Origin: an uncultured Clostridia bacterium
Lineage (GTDB): Bacteria > Bacillota > Clostridia > TANB77 > CAG-508
Direction of reading: 5' to 3'
Assembly: GCA_944388795.1 (NCBI GenBank)
Contig: CALXKD010000005.1
Coordinates: 4,863 to 68,862, forward strand
DNA length: 64,000 bases
Made by a program: the position numbers and the translations under genes. Shown piece after piece: positions 1 to 10,212 of this stretch. A model generated the notes under the pieces. That model ran no database searches, was not told the DNA's origin, and was given only the letters and a program-made list of their open reading frames with translations. Position 1 is the first letter of the stretch. Each line of letters opens with the position of its first letter.

Positions 1-110
1 AAAAGGAAAAAAATAAATATTTTGCTAAAATAATTTTGCATAAAAAAGAGAATACTAACAATGTAAAGTTGTATATACAGTTTTATAATTTTAATTTTTT
101 AGGAGGAAAT

Positions 111-284
111 ATGTCTAGAAATAGTAAATTAATTTCTGAAAATTTAAGAGAGGAAATTGCAAGAGAATTAGGTGTGTATGAACAAGTAAAAAAAGACGGA
201 GGAAGCTGGGGAAATGTTTCTTCTAAAGATTGCGGAAACATTGTCTCAAAAGCAATTGAAATAGCTAATAGAGCTGTAGAATAA
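111..284 (+). CDS. small acid-soluble spore protein, alpha/beta type
   Basis: The 57-aa product (MSRNSKLISENLREEIARELGV...GGSWGNVSSKDCGNIVSKAIEIA) fits the conserved alpha/beta SASP pattern. AGGAGG at 101-106 precedes ATG 111, so the 36-110 extension in the ORF track is unsupported. A hairpin terminator follows. Confidence 0.8.
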   Translation: MSRNSKLISENLREEIARELGVYEQVKKDGGSWGNVSSKDCGNIVSKAIEIANRAVE

Positions 285-294
285 GTCAGATATT

Positions 295-333
295 TAGATA
301 GAACTAACATTAGTTCTATCTATTATTTTTTTT
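295..333 (+). terminator. rho-independent terminator after the SASP gene
   Basis: 12-bp perfect stem tagatagaacta (295-306) / tagttctatcta (311-322), 4-nt loop, then a T-rich run to 333. Confidence 0.65.
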
Positions 334-406
334 CATTTAGAATGAGTTGCAAAAAAATGATATTCATCATATAATTTAAAAATAGAAAAAATAAGAGGTG
401 AAGCAA

Positions 407-1813
407 ATGAAAAATTTAACAATACAAGATATAGTAAATTGTACACAAGGGATATTGGTAAATGGAAGTGAAGAGATAATATGTAAAGGCTTTTCAAAAG
501 ATACAAGAACCATTAAAGAAACAGACATATATATTGGAATAAAAGGTGAGCATTTTGATGGAAATTTATTCTGGGATAAGGCTTTAGATAATGGTGCAAT
601 GGGAGTGATTGTTCAAGATATAGATTTTACAGGAGAAGATTTAAAAAAATATAAAGATAAAGTAATTATAAAGGTAAAAGATACTTTACAAGCATTATAT
701 CAATTAGCAAGTTATAAAAGAAGCCTATATAAAATACCAGTTGTAGCAATTACGGGAAGTGTAGGAAAAACAAGTACAAAAGATATTGTGGCAAATGTAC
801 TTGCTCAAAAGTATAAAACATTAAAGACGATAGGAAATAATAATAACAATATAGGTTTACCATTTACAATATTAAATGCACCTGATGATATAGAGATAAT
901 GGTGTTAGAAATGGGAATGAATCATTTTGGAGAAATTCATTTACTTTCTGAAATAGCTAAACCAAATGTATGCATCATTACCAATATAGGAACATCACAT
1001 ATTGGAAATTTAGGATCAAGAGAAAATATATTAAAGGCAAAATTGGAAATATTAGATGGAGCACAAAATCCATGTATGATTATCAATAATGATAATGATT
1101 TATTACATAAATGGTATGAGGAAAATAAAGAAAAATGGAATATAAAAACATATGGAATAAAAAATAAAAGCGATACAGTTGCTAAAAATATTATATTAAA
1201 AGAAAACAGTAGTGAATTTAATATTTATTTAAATGGACAAGAGGAAAAAATAAATGTTCCTGTTGGAGGAGAACACTTTGTTTTAAATAGTTTATGTGCA
1301 ATTACTGTTGGAGAAATACTTACAGTTGAAAATAACAAAATAAAAAATGGAATAGAATCCTTCACACTTACAAAAAAAAGAATGGAAACAATAGCACTAG
1401 AAAATGATATTAAAATTATAAATGATACATATAATTCTAGTGTAGAATCTGTAAAAGCAACTTTAGAATATATGAATCACATGGAAGCAAATAGAAGAAT
1501 AGCTGTATTGGGAGATATATTAGAAACAGGAAAATTTGCAAAAGAATTACATGAAAGAATAGGGGAAATTGTATGTGAAAATAATATAGATATTCTGATT
1601 TGTAGTGGAGAAAAAGCAAAATACATAGTTGAATCAGCAAAGAAGAAGGGATTCCCGGAAAAAGATATTTACTATTTTAAAAATAAAGAGGAGATTGTAG
1701 AATTATTAAAACAAATTGTAAAAGAAAAGGATGTTATCCTATTTAAGGCATCTAATGGAATGCGATTTTTTGATATAGTAGAAAAAGTAAAAGGTGTTTT
1801 AGCAGAGAAATAG
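407..1813 (+). CDS. murF: UDP-N-acetylmuramoyl-tripeptide--D-alanyl-D-alanine ligase
   Basis: Mur ligase P-loop AITGSVGKTSTKD and C-terminal INDTYNSS motif; about 470 aa; directly upstream of ddl. ATG 407 sits 8 nt after AGAGG, so it is preferred over the track's GTG 398. Confidence 0.9.
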   Translation: MKNLTIQDIVNCTQGILVNGSEEIICKGFSKDTRTIKETDIYIGIKGEHFDGNLFWDKALDNGAMGVIVQDIDFTGEDLKKYKDKVIIKVKDTLQALYQLASYKRSLYKIPVVAITGSVGKTSTKDIVANVLAQKYKTLKTIGNNNNNIGLPFTILNAPDDIEIMVLEMGMNHFGEIHLLSEIAKPNVCIITNIGTSHIGNLGSRENILKAKLEILDGAQNPCMIINNDNDLLHKWYEENKEKWNIKTYGIKNKSDTVAKNIILKENSSEFNIYLNGQEEKINVPVGGEHFVLNSLCAITVGEILTVENNKIKNGIESFTLTKKRMETIALENDIKIINDTYNSSVESVKATLEYMNHMEANRRIAVLGDILETGKFAKELHERIGEIVCENNIDILICSGEKAKYIVESAKKKGFPEKDIYYFKNKEEIVELLKQIVKEKDVILFKASNGMRFFDIVEKVKGVLAEK

Positions 1814-1841
1814 GAATTAATAAAGTAAAGGAGAGGATATT

Positions 1842-2885
1842 ATGAAAAAGAAAATAGGTCTTATTTTTGGAGGAATGTCAACAGAAAATGAAGTTTCTGT
1901 AATGTCAGCAAATTCAATCTTAAAAAATTTAGATAAAGAAAAATATGAGGTTTATCCAATATTTATATCAAAAAATGGTAAATGGTATATATATAATCAA
2001 TTAGATAATATAGACATGAAAGAAATGATAGATAATACAAGCAAAATAGATAATATTGTTGGATATTTACAAGATATGGATGTGCTTTTCCCAGTATTGC
2101 ATGGATTATATGGAGAAGATGGAACTATCCAAGGATTATTTGAAATCTTAAAAAAGCCATATGTTGGTTGTGGCGTATTGGCATCTAGTTTAGGTATGGA
2201 TAAAGCATATACAAAGGTTATTTTCGATAAAGCCAATATCCATCAAGCACCATATGTATATTTAAAGAAATATAAAGATACATATGTATATATAGATAGT
2301 GAATTTAATGAAAAGAAAGTAACCTTAGAAGAATGTGCTGAAATTGTTGCGAAAAAAATTGCTTTTCCAGCTTTTATAAAACCATCTAATTCTGGTTCAA
2401 GTGTAGGGATTAATAAGGCAAAAAATAAAGAAGAATTAAAAAAATATATACAATACGCAGGAAAATTTGATAATAAAATATTAATAGAAAAAGCAATCAA
2501 TGGTCAAGAAGTAGAGTGTGCAGTACTTGGAAATGAAGAAGTTATTGCATCATGTGTAGGAGAGATAAAGGCTGCCGATGAGTTTTATAGCTATGATTCC
2601 AAATATGAAAATGAAAATTCAAAAACCATTATTCCAGCTAATATAGATGAGCAAATTGCAAGCAAAATTAGAAATTTAGCAATTAAGGCATTTAAAGCAA
2701 TAGATGGAAAAGGCTTATCAAGGGTGGATTTCTTTGTAGAAAAAGATACCAATAAGATTTATATAAATGAAATTAATACATTACCAGGATTTACGAAAAT
2801 AAGTATGTATCCAAAATTATTTGAAAATGTTGGAATAAAATATAAGGAATTGTTAGACAAATTAATAGAATTGGCACAAGAATAA
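1842..2885 (+). CDS. ddl: D-alanine--D-alanine ligase
   Basis: GGMSTENEVSVMSA N-terminus, GEDGTIQGLFE motif, ATP-grasp C-terminal half (EINTLPGFT). AGGAGAGG RBS. Confidence 0.95.
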   Translation: MKKKIGLIFGGMSTENEVSVMSANSILKNLDKEKYEVYPIFISKNGKWYIYNQLDNIDMKEMIDNTSKIDNIVGYLQDMDVLFPVLHGLYGEDGTIQGLFEILKKPYVGCGVLASSLGMDKAYTKVIFDKANIHQAPYVYLKKYKDTYVYIDSEFNEKKVTLEECAEIVAKKIAFPAFIKPSNSGSSVGINKAKNKEELKKYIQYAGKFDNKILIEKAINGQEVECAVLGNEEVIASCVGEIKAADEFYSYDSKYENENSKTIIPANIDEQIASKIRNLAIKAFKAIDGKGLSRVDFFVEKDTNKIYINEINTLPGFTKISMYPKLFENVGIKYKELLDKLIELAQE

Positions 2886-2990
2886 ATTTGTCATATAGGA
2901 TGATAAAATGAATAAAAAATCCATAAAAGTATGGATTTTTTTATTTTTTATGATATAATAAAAACACCTGATTATTGGGGAGGATGTCAA

Positions 2991-3863
2991 ATGATTTTTA
3001 AAGATTACTATAAAATTTTAGGACTAGAAACGAGTAGAGTTTCTATTGAAGAAATAAAAGTAGCATATAGAAATGCGGCTAAAAAATATCATCCAGATGT
3101 AAATATAGGAGATAGCTTAGCAGAGGAAAGAATAAAAGATATTAATGAAGCGTATAGAATATTATCTGTACCAAGCTCTAAAAGAAAATATGATAGAATT
3201 TGGAATTCTCGAAATTTAGTAAATAAAAAATTTGATTTAAAAGGGAAGGATTCTATTGTAAAAATGTTTTTTGGCAATGTTAAACAAGAAAATAATAAAG
3301 ATAAAACGTCAGAGAAAGAGCCTTTAAGAGGAGAAAATGTAGAAACAGAAATAAATTCTACGATATATGAAGCATTTTATGGTTTAGATAAAAAAATCTC
3401 TTTAAGAACTGTAGAAGGAAAAATGAAAACATTTACAGTAACCATACCACAAGGAATAAGAGATGGTGAAAAAATAAGACTGATTGGACAAGGAAAACCA
3501 GGAGTAAATGGTGCTAAAAATGGAGATTTATTTATTAAAATTAATATAAAAGATGATAAAAAATTTAAACTTCAGGGATGTGATCTTTATACGGATTTAC
3601 AAATAACGCCATGGGAGGCAGCTTTGGGAACAAGGGTAAATATACAATCTATTGATGAAGAAACTAAAGTATATATTCCTCAAGGGATACAAAGCGGAGA
3701 AAAGATAAGAATACCAGGAAAGGGATATAAAGACGGAAAAGGTTCTAGAGGAGACTTAATAGCAGAGGTTAAAATAATGGTACCAAAAAAATTGACAAGC
3801 CAAGAGAAAAAGATATTCGAGGAATTAAACCAAGTATCATCTTTCAATCCGAGAAAAGAGTAA
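2991..3863 (+). CDS. cbpA: J-domain co-chaperone, CbpA-like (DnaJ C-terminal domains, no zinc-finger region)
   Basis: J domain DYYKILGL...YHPDVN with HPD, plus DnaJ-type C-terminal beta domains (GENVETEI..., GDLIAEVKIMVP). No Cys-rich CxxCxGxG repeats. GGGGAGGA RBS before ATG 2991. Confidence 0.75.
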   Translation: MIFKDYYKILGLETSRVSIEEIKVAYRNAAKKYHPDVNIGDSLAEERIKDINEAYRILSVPSSKRKYDRIWNSRNLVNKKFDLKGKDSIVKMFFGNVKQENNKDKTSEKEPLRGENVETEINSTIYEAFYGLDKKISLRTVEGKMKTFTVTIPQGIRDGEKIRLIGQGKPGVNGAKNGDLFIKINIKDDKKFKLQGCDLYTDLQITPWEAALGTRVNIQSIDEETKVYIPQGIQSGEKIRIPGKGYKDGKGSRGDLIAEVKIMVPKKLTSQEKKIFEELNQVSSFNPRKE

Positions 3864-3896
3864 GCAAGATCGAACTAAATTTACATAAAATAAATA

Positions 3897-3925
3897 TTGA
3901 CAATATGTGTTTTTTCATGTAAAAT
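3897..3925 (+). promoter_or_regulatory. sigma-A-type promoter candidate for the T4CP cassette
   Basis: TTGACA (3897-3902), 17 nt, TAAAAT (3920-3925). Consensus match only. Confidence 0.5.
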
Positions 3926-3992
3926 AAATAGTGAGTGATAAATGAAACGGAAGATAAACTATGGAATAAAACATAGAAATGGAGGGAAAAAA

Positions 3993-4517
3993 ATGGAGAC
4001 ATGGGAAGGAAAGAGCTTTAGTATTACGGATCCAAAAGGAGTAAGTACAGTAATCTATCAAATCATTAGAACTCCAAAAGAACTATTGAAGGAATATCCG
4101 AAATATGCATTAGAGAGGTTAGATTCAACAGATGAAATTAGAGGAGACATGATAAGAAAAACATTTTATGTGGATTTTCCATCAGTTGACCAAGATGAAT
4201 TAGTTATATTGTCTTTTGGAAAAGATAGAGTTGTTGTTAATACCGCGATATTGGAGGGTAATAAAGTTTCTATCAGTAAAAAACCAATGCCTTTAAAATT
4301 TGACAGTATATATTCAGATAATGAAACAGAAATAAAGGATTTTAAGTACACGCCAAATTTGAAGAGACCGATATGTGTTATAGACCCAGAAACTACAGAA
4401 GAAGTAAAACCTGTACTTTATTTTGATGAGAAAACAAATGAAGTAAAAGGAAAATGTAAGTTGAAACCAAATAAATCTTATTTTGCCTTTGAAATCAGAG
4501 ACAAAAAAGAGGACTAA
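3993..4517 (+). CDS. hypothetical protein (first gene of T4CP cassette)
   Basis: Long ORF with GGAGGG at 3981-3986 before ATG 3993. No family recognised. The track start at 3942 would include an in-frame CGG. Confidence 0.6.
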   Translation: METWEGKSFSITDPKGVSTVIYQIIRTPKELLKEYPKYALERLDSTDEIRGDMIRKTFYVDFPSVDQDELVILSFGKDRVVVNTAILEGNKVSISKKPMPLKFDSIYSDNETEIKDFKYTPNLKRPICVIDPETTEEVKPVLYFDEKTNEVKGKCKLKPNKSYFAFEIRDKKED

Positions 4518-4532
4518 GGGAGGAAAGTTTAA

Positions 4533-4904
4533 ATGAGTAATACAAATTTAACAGGTAATGAAGTTAAACCAATAGATATAACTTGTATGAGTCTACAACA
4601 AAGAGTGGCTGAAAGAGATGGCAAAACTGAAAAATGGGTAGATGATGAAAGAGACGGAAAATTAACTGTTCTACATAAAGTTCAAGGACAAATTCCACCA
4701 GAAGAGGTATTTAGCCAAACTTCAACTGAAGTATATATTTTAGGTGAAGATGGAAAAAGAAGAACAGTAGATGGAAAAGTTATAGGAGAAACATCTTTAT
4801 CTGCAGAAGAATTGAGAGCAGAGCATGAAAGAGATAAGAAATTCAAAGAGGTTATTGCAGCAAGAAATAATCAAAAACATGGAGACGAAGAAGTAGAAAT
4901 ATAA
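4533..4904 (+). CDS. hypothetical acidic protein (second gene of T4CP cassette)
   Basis: 123-aa ORF, GGGAGGAAAG RBS, tightly spaced between neighbours. No family recognised. Confidence 0.6.
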   Translation: MSNTNLTGNEVKPIDITCMSLQQRVAERDGKTEKWVDDERDGKLTVLHKVQGQIPPEEVFSQTSTEVYILGEDGKRRTVDGKVIGETSLSAEELRAEHERDKKFKEVIAARNNQKHGDEEVEI

Positions 4905-4929
4905 ACAAACAAAAGAGTAGGTGATAATT

Positions 4930-6982
4930 GTGAACTATAAAATAGAAGGTGCGATTAGAAGAAATAGAACGAATTTTATTATTTTTGGAATACTATGGAT
5001 ATTTATAGCCATAGTATTTGTTACGCCTATCGCTTATAGTACATATATGTCAACAGCTAATGGAAGTTTTGATTTAACTGTATTTATGCAAACATTTTTC
5101 TCATCAATCATGAATCCATTTGGCACATTAGGAAGTGTCTTTTCAGGGGGAGCATCAGGTACATATTTTTCTACATTAATTGTTATAACGATTTTATATG
5201 CATTATTTTTCTTTATAGGAATTTTTAGATCAGCTCCAAAAAATGAGTATACAGATATAGAGCATGGATCAAGTGATTGGAGTCAAAGAGGCGAACAATA
5301 TGAAATATTAAGTAGAAATAAAGGTATTATATTAGCAGAAAACAATTATTTACCAGTAGATAAAAGGGGAAACGTAAACGTATTAGTTGTTGGACGGATC
5401 AGGTTCTGGTAAATCTGCATCATATTCTATTCCAAATGCTTATCAAATGTTAGGATCTTATGTATTTACAGACCCTAAGGGAGAATTATATGATAGAACA
5501 GCAGGATATTTAAAAGCACATGGTTATAAAATTAAGGTATTAAACCTTGTAAGACCAGAATATAGTGATGGATATAATCCATTAATGCACGTGGCTTCTG
5601 GACTAGATGTTGATGTAATAGCAAATACAATTGTAAAAGGGCAAAAATCAGAAGGAGGAGCTTCAGATCCATTCTGGGATGACTCAGCAGAAATGTTATT
5701 AAAAGCTCTAATCTATTATTTATTAGCTACAAGACCTGAAGAGGAGCAAAACTTAGCTAGTTGTGCGGAATTGGTAAGGGCTGCTAATGCAAATGGCGGA
5801 AGTAACTTGCTTACAGAATTAATGAGTCAATTGCCTTATGACCATCCAGCAAGAATGAATTATAAATCTATAGAGATAGCACCAGAAAAAACATATGGTT
5901 CTATTTTGAGTTCATTGCAATCTAAACTAGGTAAATTTGACTCAAAGGAAATTGCAGAATTAACATCAACAGACACCATTGATTTTGAACAAATCGGAAA
6001 TGAAAAAACAGCTGTATATGTTATATCTTCAGATACACATACAGCATATGACTTCTTATTAACTATATTCTTTGCACAAATGATTCAACAGCTATATGAT
6101 TATGCAGATAGAAATGGAGGAGCATTAAAAGAACAGACCTTCTTCATACTAGATGAGTTTGCTAATATCGGAAAAATACCAGATTTCGATAAAAAGATTT
6201 CTACATCTAGAAGTAGAAGAATATCATTTAGTGTTATTCTACAAAATATTGACCAATTGGAAGCTGTGTATGAAAAGTCTTATGAAACAATCATGGGTAA
6301 CTGTGATACACATGTCTTTTTAGGAAGTAACTCATATAAAACAGTTGAATATTTCTCAAAAGCATTAGGAGAAAAAACAATTGAAAGAGATAGTATATCT
6401 ATAAACAGAGATAGACAAAACTGGAGAACTGGAAAGAGTGTATCAGACCAAGTAATGGCAAGAGCATTGATGACGCCAGATGAGTTAAGAAGAATGGATA
6501 ATGATTTATGTATTATCTATGAAAAAGGTATAAAACCAGTAAAAGCAAATAAATTCTATTATTTTAAACATCCAATGGCTAAAGAAATGAAACGTTTTGA
6601 AATTAGTCATAATGATATAGGGGAGATAGAAAGAGGAACATGGAGAAAGTATAATCCATATAATCCTTATGTTCCAGAAAGTGAAAAGAAACAACAAGCA
6701 AATAATTTAAAAGTAGAATCTTTAGATGATTTATTTGATGATGATACACCTAAAGAAGAGAAAAAAGAAGAGGTAAAAACACCGCCAACAGAACAAACTC
6801 AAAATAAAAAGATGGAAGAGCCAAAACAAAACAATACATTGGATTTGAGCAGCTTTGATGATGCACCAGTATTACCGCAAAATCCTGTGGTTAATGAAGA
6901 GGAAGATGATATGTATGACTTACAAAAAGAGTTAGAGGCTAAATTTGATGAATTGTTTGGTCCATTAAATGAGGATGATTAA
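4930..6982 (+). CDS. type IV secretion coupling protein (TraG/VirD4/TraD family), frame interrupted at CGG 5395-5397
   Basis: Two N-terminal TM helices. The Walker A motif is split across track ORFs 4921-5412 and 5387-6982 (NVLVVG | GSGSGKS). Walker B FFILDEFANIG and an acidic C-terminal tail are present. AGGTGA at 4919-4924 favours GTG 4930 as the start. Confidence 0.8.
5395..5398 (+). other. frame-break site GGA CGG A (continuation in +1 frame from GGA 5396)
   Basis: The 0 frame reads VVGRIRFW-stop. Skipping c5395 gives VVGGSGSGKSASY, a continuous P-loop. Confidence 0.8.
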
Positions 6983-7004
6983 AAATATATAAAAATATAA
7001 AAGA

Positions 7005-7045
7005 ATAACTGTGAATCTATTTTAGAAATCACAGTTATTTTTGTT
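7005..7045 (+). terminator. rho-independent terminator after the T4CP gene
   Basis: 10-bp stem ataactgtga (7005-7014) / tcacagttat (7029-7038) followed by TTTTGTT. Confidence 0.6.
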
Positions 7046-7154
7046 ATCATATAAAATATATACTACCAAAAAAACTTTCGCCCATCTACTTGAAAAAAAA
7101 GAACAATTAGTATACAATCATAATCATAAAATAAGTAAAGAGGAAAGAGAAAAT

Positions 7155-8238
7155 ATGAAATTTGTACATATAGCAGACATACATTTTGATAGTCCATTCG
7201 TAAATTTATCAGATAAAGAAAATTTAGGAGATATCAAAAGATTAGAGCAAAGAAAAGTATTTAAAAAAGTAATTGAATATATAAAGGAAAATGATATAGA
7301 ATGTTTATTTATTGCAGGAGATGTATATGAACAAAAATACATTCGAAAATCTACGATTGAATATATAAATCAATTATTTAGTGAAATACCAAACACCCAA
7401 ATCTATATCAGTCCGGGAAATCATGATCCATATATTAAAAATTCATATTATAATAAATTTCAGTGGAATGAAAATGTACATATATTTCATTCAGAAATAG
7501 AAAAAGTGGAATTAGAAAATGCAGATATATATGGATATGGCTTTGATGATTTTTATTGTACAGATTGTGGAATAGAGAATCTAGAAATAGAGAATAAAAA
7601 TAAAATGAATATACTTGTTATTCATAGTACTATTGATGGAGCAAATTTAGAAGAGAAACAATATAATTCTATACCTAGAAAATTGCTAGAGGAAAAGGGA
7701 TTTGATTATGTGGCAACAGGACATATTCATAAACCAGATTATCATTCTTATTCAAACCAAAAAATTGTGTATCCAGGTTCATTAATTTCATTAGGATTTG
7801 ATGAGCTAGGGGAGCATGGAATGATAGTAGGAGAAATAGAAGAAGATAAAAAGTTAAAATTAGAATTTATTCCACTTAGTGAAAATAATTTTGAAGAAAA
7901 AGAATTAGATGTCAGCCATATTATTTCTAAAGAGGAACTGATTGAAAAAATAAATGATTTAGAGATAAAAAATAATCAATTGATAAAATTAATATTTATT
8001 GGAAAAAGAAATTTTGAAATTAATAAATATGACATATATAAATTATTAACCAATGATAAGATAATAAAAATAAAAGATCATACGAAAATAGAATATGATT
8101 TGGAAAAAATGGCAAATAGTAATACATTAAAAGGATTATTTATAAAAGAAATATTGGAAGAAAAAAGAAATGCACGGAGAAGAAGCATTGGAGATTATAG
8201 ATAAAGCAGTTGAAATTGCTTTTGAAGCATTAAAGTAA
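7155..8238 (+). CDS. SbcD-like metallophosphoesterase nuclease subunit (YhaO/SbcF-like), 3' end shifted at CGG 8175-8177
   Basis: Calcineurin-type motifs HIADIHFD, GDVYE, GNHD, GHIH. RBS AAAGAGGAAAG before ATG 7155. After c8175 the +1 frame reads GEEALEIIDKAVEIAFEALK and stops at 8238, abutting the RBS of the next gene. Confidence 0.75.
8175..8178 (+). other. frame-break site GCA CGG A (continuation in +1 frame from GGA 8176)
   Basis: The 0 frame gives NARRRSIGDYR-stop at 8204. The +1 frame extends to 8238. The alternative break point is the A6 run at 8161-8166. Confidence 0.55.
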
Positions 8239-8249
8239 GAGGTGAAAAG

Positions 8250-10196
8250 GTGAGAATCAATAAATTAAAAATAAATGCTTATGGAAAAATAAAAGATAAA
8301 GAAATAGTATTAGATAAGAATATAAATATTATATATGGAAAAAACGAATCAGGTAAATCCACATTATTAAATTTTATAACCAATATGTTATATGGAATAT
8401 CTAAAAATAAAAATGGAAAAGAATATTCTGATTTTGAAAAATATAAACCATGGGATACAGAAGAATTTTCAGGAAAAATAGAATATCAGTTAGATGATGA
8501 AGAAAAATTTGAAGTATTTCGAGATTTTAAAAAGAAAAATCCTCAAATATTTAATGAAAAAAAAGAAGATATTTCAAAAACATTTAATATAGATAAAACA
8601 AAGGGCAATGAATTTTTTTATGAACAAACTAAAATGGATGAAACTTTATTTTTATCTACAATTGTTGTGGGACAAGATCAAGTAAAATTAGAAAAAAATG
8701 AGCAAAATATTCTCATACAAAAAATTGCTAATTTAGTGGGAACAGGAGAAGATAATGTTTCATATAAAAGGGCAATTGATAGAATTAATCGAAGACAATT
8801 AGAAGAAATAGGAACTCAAAAGTCTAGGGAAAAGCCACTAAACATTTTGTTACGTGAAAATCAAAATTTGGAACAGGAAAAAGATGAATTAGAAAAATAT
8901 AAAAATTCAAAATATGAAATGGAACAAAATAAAAATAATTTATTGGAAAAATTTTCAAATTTAGAAATTGAATTAGAATATTTAAATAAAATAAAAAAAA
9001 TATTTGAAGAAGAAAAAATAGAAAATGAAAAAATAAAAATAAAAGAAAATATAAAAAAAGAAAATATTGAAAAAATAAATTTAAATAAAAAAGAAATTTT
9101 TAATATAGAAAATGAAAATAAAAAAATATTTGAAAAAAATAATCAAAAAATAAATAAATTCATTAAAAATAAAAATAAATTAAAAAATAAATTTATTATA
9201 TTATTTATTTTATTATTTTTAATGAATATAATTCAATTTATTTTTATAAAAAATAGAATATTTAATTATATTTTTCTTCTTACTCTCCCAATGGATTTGA
9301 TTTTTTCTATAATTTATTTAAAAAATAAAAAAAATAAAATAAAAATATTAGAAAAAGAAAATAAAAATGAAGAAGAAATGATAAATAATGAAAAAAATAA
9401 TTATTTAAATGAAAATAAAATTATAGAAAAAAATAATAATGAATTAGAAAATGAAATAAATATATTAAAAAATGAATTAAATTTAAAAATAAATTCAAAT
9501 TTAGAAAAAATAAAAAATAATTATTTAAATAAAATAGAAAATAAAAAAATAATAGAAATAAATCAATTAGAAAATATACAATATGAAATAGATAAAACAC
9601 AAAATGAATTAAATATGATAAAAATAAAATTACATGAGTTAGATTTTGATAGAGAAAATATTGAACCTAAATTAGAAAATTTGATTAAAATAGAAGAAAA
9701 AATAGTTAACAATAATGAAAAAATTGTAAACTTAAGAAAATTAGAAAGTAGCATGAATTTAGCAAAAGCACTTTTGGAAAAAGCATATCAAAAAATGAAA
9801 AATACAGTTACCCCTAAGTTTACAGAGAATCTTTCTAAAAATATAAAGGAAATAACAAATGGAAAATATAGTAATGTTATGTTACAAGAGGATAATGGAT
9901 TAATCGTAGAATTACAAAATGGAAATTATGTTGCAGCAAATAAATTAAGTATAGGAACAATTGATCAATTATATCTATCTTTAAGACTTTCTATGATAGA
10001 AGATTTATCTAATGAGATAATGCCAATTATTCTAGATGAAGCATTTGCTTATTATGATACACAGAGATTAGAAAATATTTTAAAATATTTATCTGATAGA
10101 TATCATAATCGACAAATTATCATATTTACTTGTACAGAAAGAGAAAAAGATATGTTAGATGAATTAAAAATAAAATATAATTTTATTAATTTATAA
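8250..10196 (+). CDS. SbcC/Rad50-like AAA ATPase with central membrane segment (YhaN/SbcE-like)
   Basis: Walker A GKNESGKST, C-terminal signature LSIGTIDQLYLSLRLS and Walker B PIILDEAF. Long K/N/E/I coiled-coil arms. Hydrophobic stretch FIILFILLFLMNIIQFIF...LIFSIIYL in the middle. GTG start after AGAGGTGA. Confidence 0.75.
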   Translation: MRINKLKINAYGKIKDKEIVLDKNINIIYGKNESGKSTLLNFITNMLYGISKNKNGKEYSDFEKYKPWDTEEFSGKIEYQLDDEEKFEVFRDFKKKNPQIFNEKKEDISKTFNIDKTKGNEFFYEQTKMDETLFLSTIVVGQDQVKLEKNEQNILIQKIANLVGTGEDNVSYKRAIDRINRRQLEEIGTQKSREKPLNILLRENQNLEQEKDELEKYKNSKYEMEQNKNNLLEKFSNLEIELEYLNKIKKIFEEEKIENEKIKIKENIKKENIEKINLNKKEIFNIENENKKIFEKNNQKINKFIKNKNKLKNKFIILFILLFLMNIIQFIFIKNRIFNYIFLLTLPMDLIFSIIYLKNKKNKIKILEKENKNEEEMINNEKNNYLNENKIIEKNNNELENEINILKNELNLKINSNLEKIKNNYLNKIENKKIIEINQLENIQYEIDKTQNELNMIKIKLHELDFDRENIEPKLENLIKIEEKIVNNNEKIVNLRKLESSMNLAKALLEKAYQKMKNTVTPKFTENLSKNIKEITNGKYSNVMLQEDNGLIVELQNGNYVAANKLSIGTIDQLYLSLRLSMIEDLSNEIMPIILDEAFAYYDTQRLENILKYLSDRYHNRQIIIFTCTEREKDMLDELKIKYNFINL

Positions 10197-10212
10197 AATA
10201 GGGGGAAGTATT

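Noticed and set aside
36-110. N-terminal extensions of track ORFs: 36-110, 398-406, 2931-2990, 3942-3992, 7041-7154, 12325-12369, 54337-54345.
   Set aside because: In each case a downstream ATG or GTG is preceded by a much better Shine-Dalgarno sequence and coincides with the conserved N-terminus of the family. The 7041 extension also begins inside the upstream terminator hairpin.
5387-5412. Treating the split ORF pairs as separate small genes: 4921-5412/5387-6982, 23641-23835/23756-24673, and 14874-15539 plus a downstream fragment.
   Set aside because: Single conserved domains (the Walker A loop, the MreB GRTP segment, the last ZIP TM helix) are divided between the fragments. The second fragments have no start codon or RBS of their own at a sensible position.
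8900-9760. A highly repetitive, extremely AT-rich stretch that could be mistaken for a CRISPR array, tandem repeat or non-coding spacer.
   Set aside because: It stays in one open frame between the Walker A and Walker B halves of the SbcC-like ATPase. It encodes K/N/E/I heptad-like coiled coil. There are no regularly spaced identical repeats.
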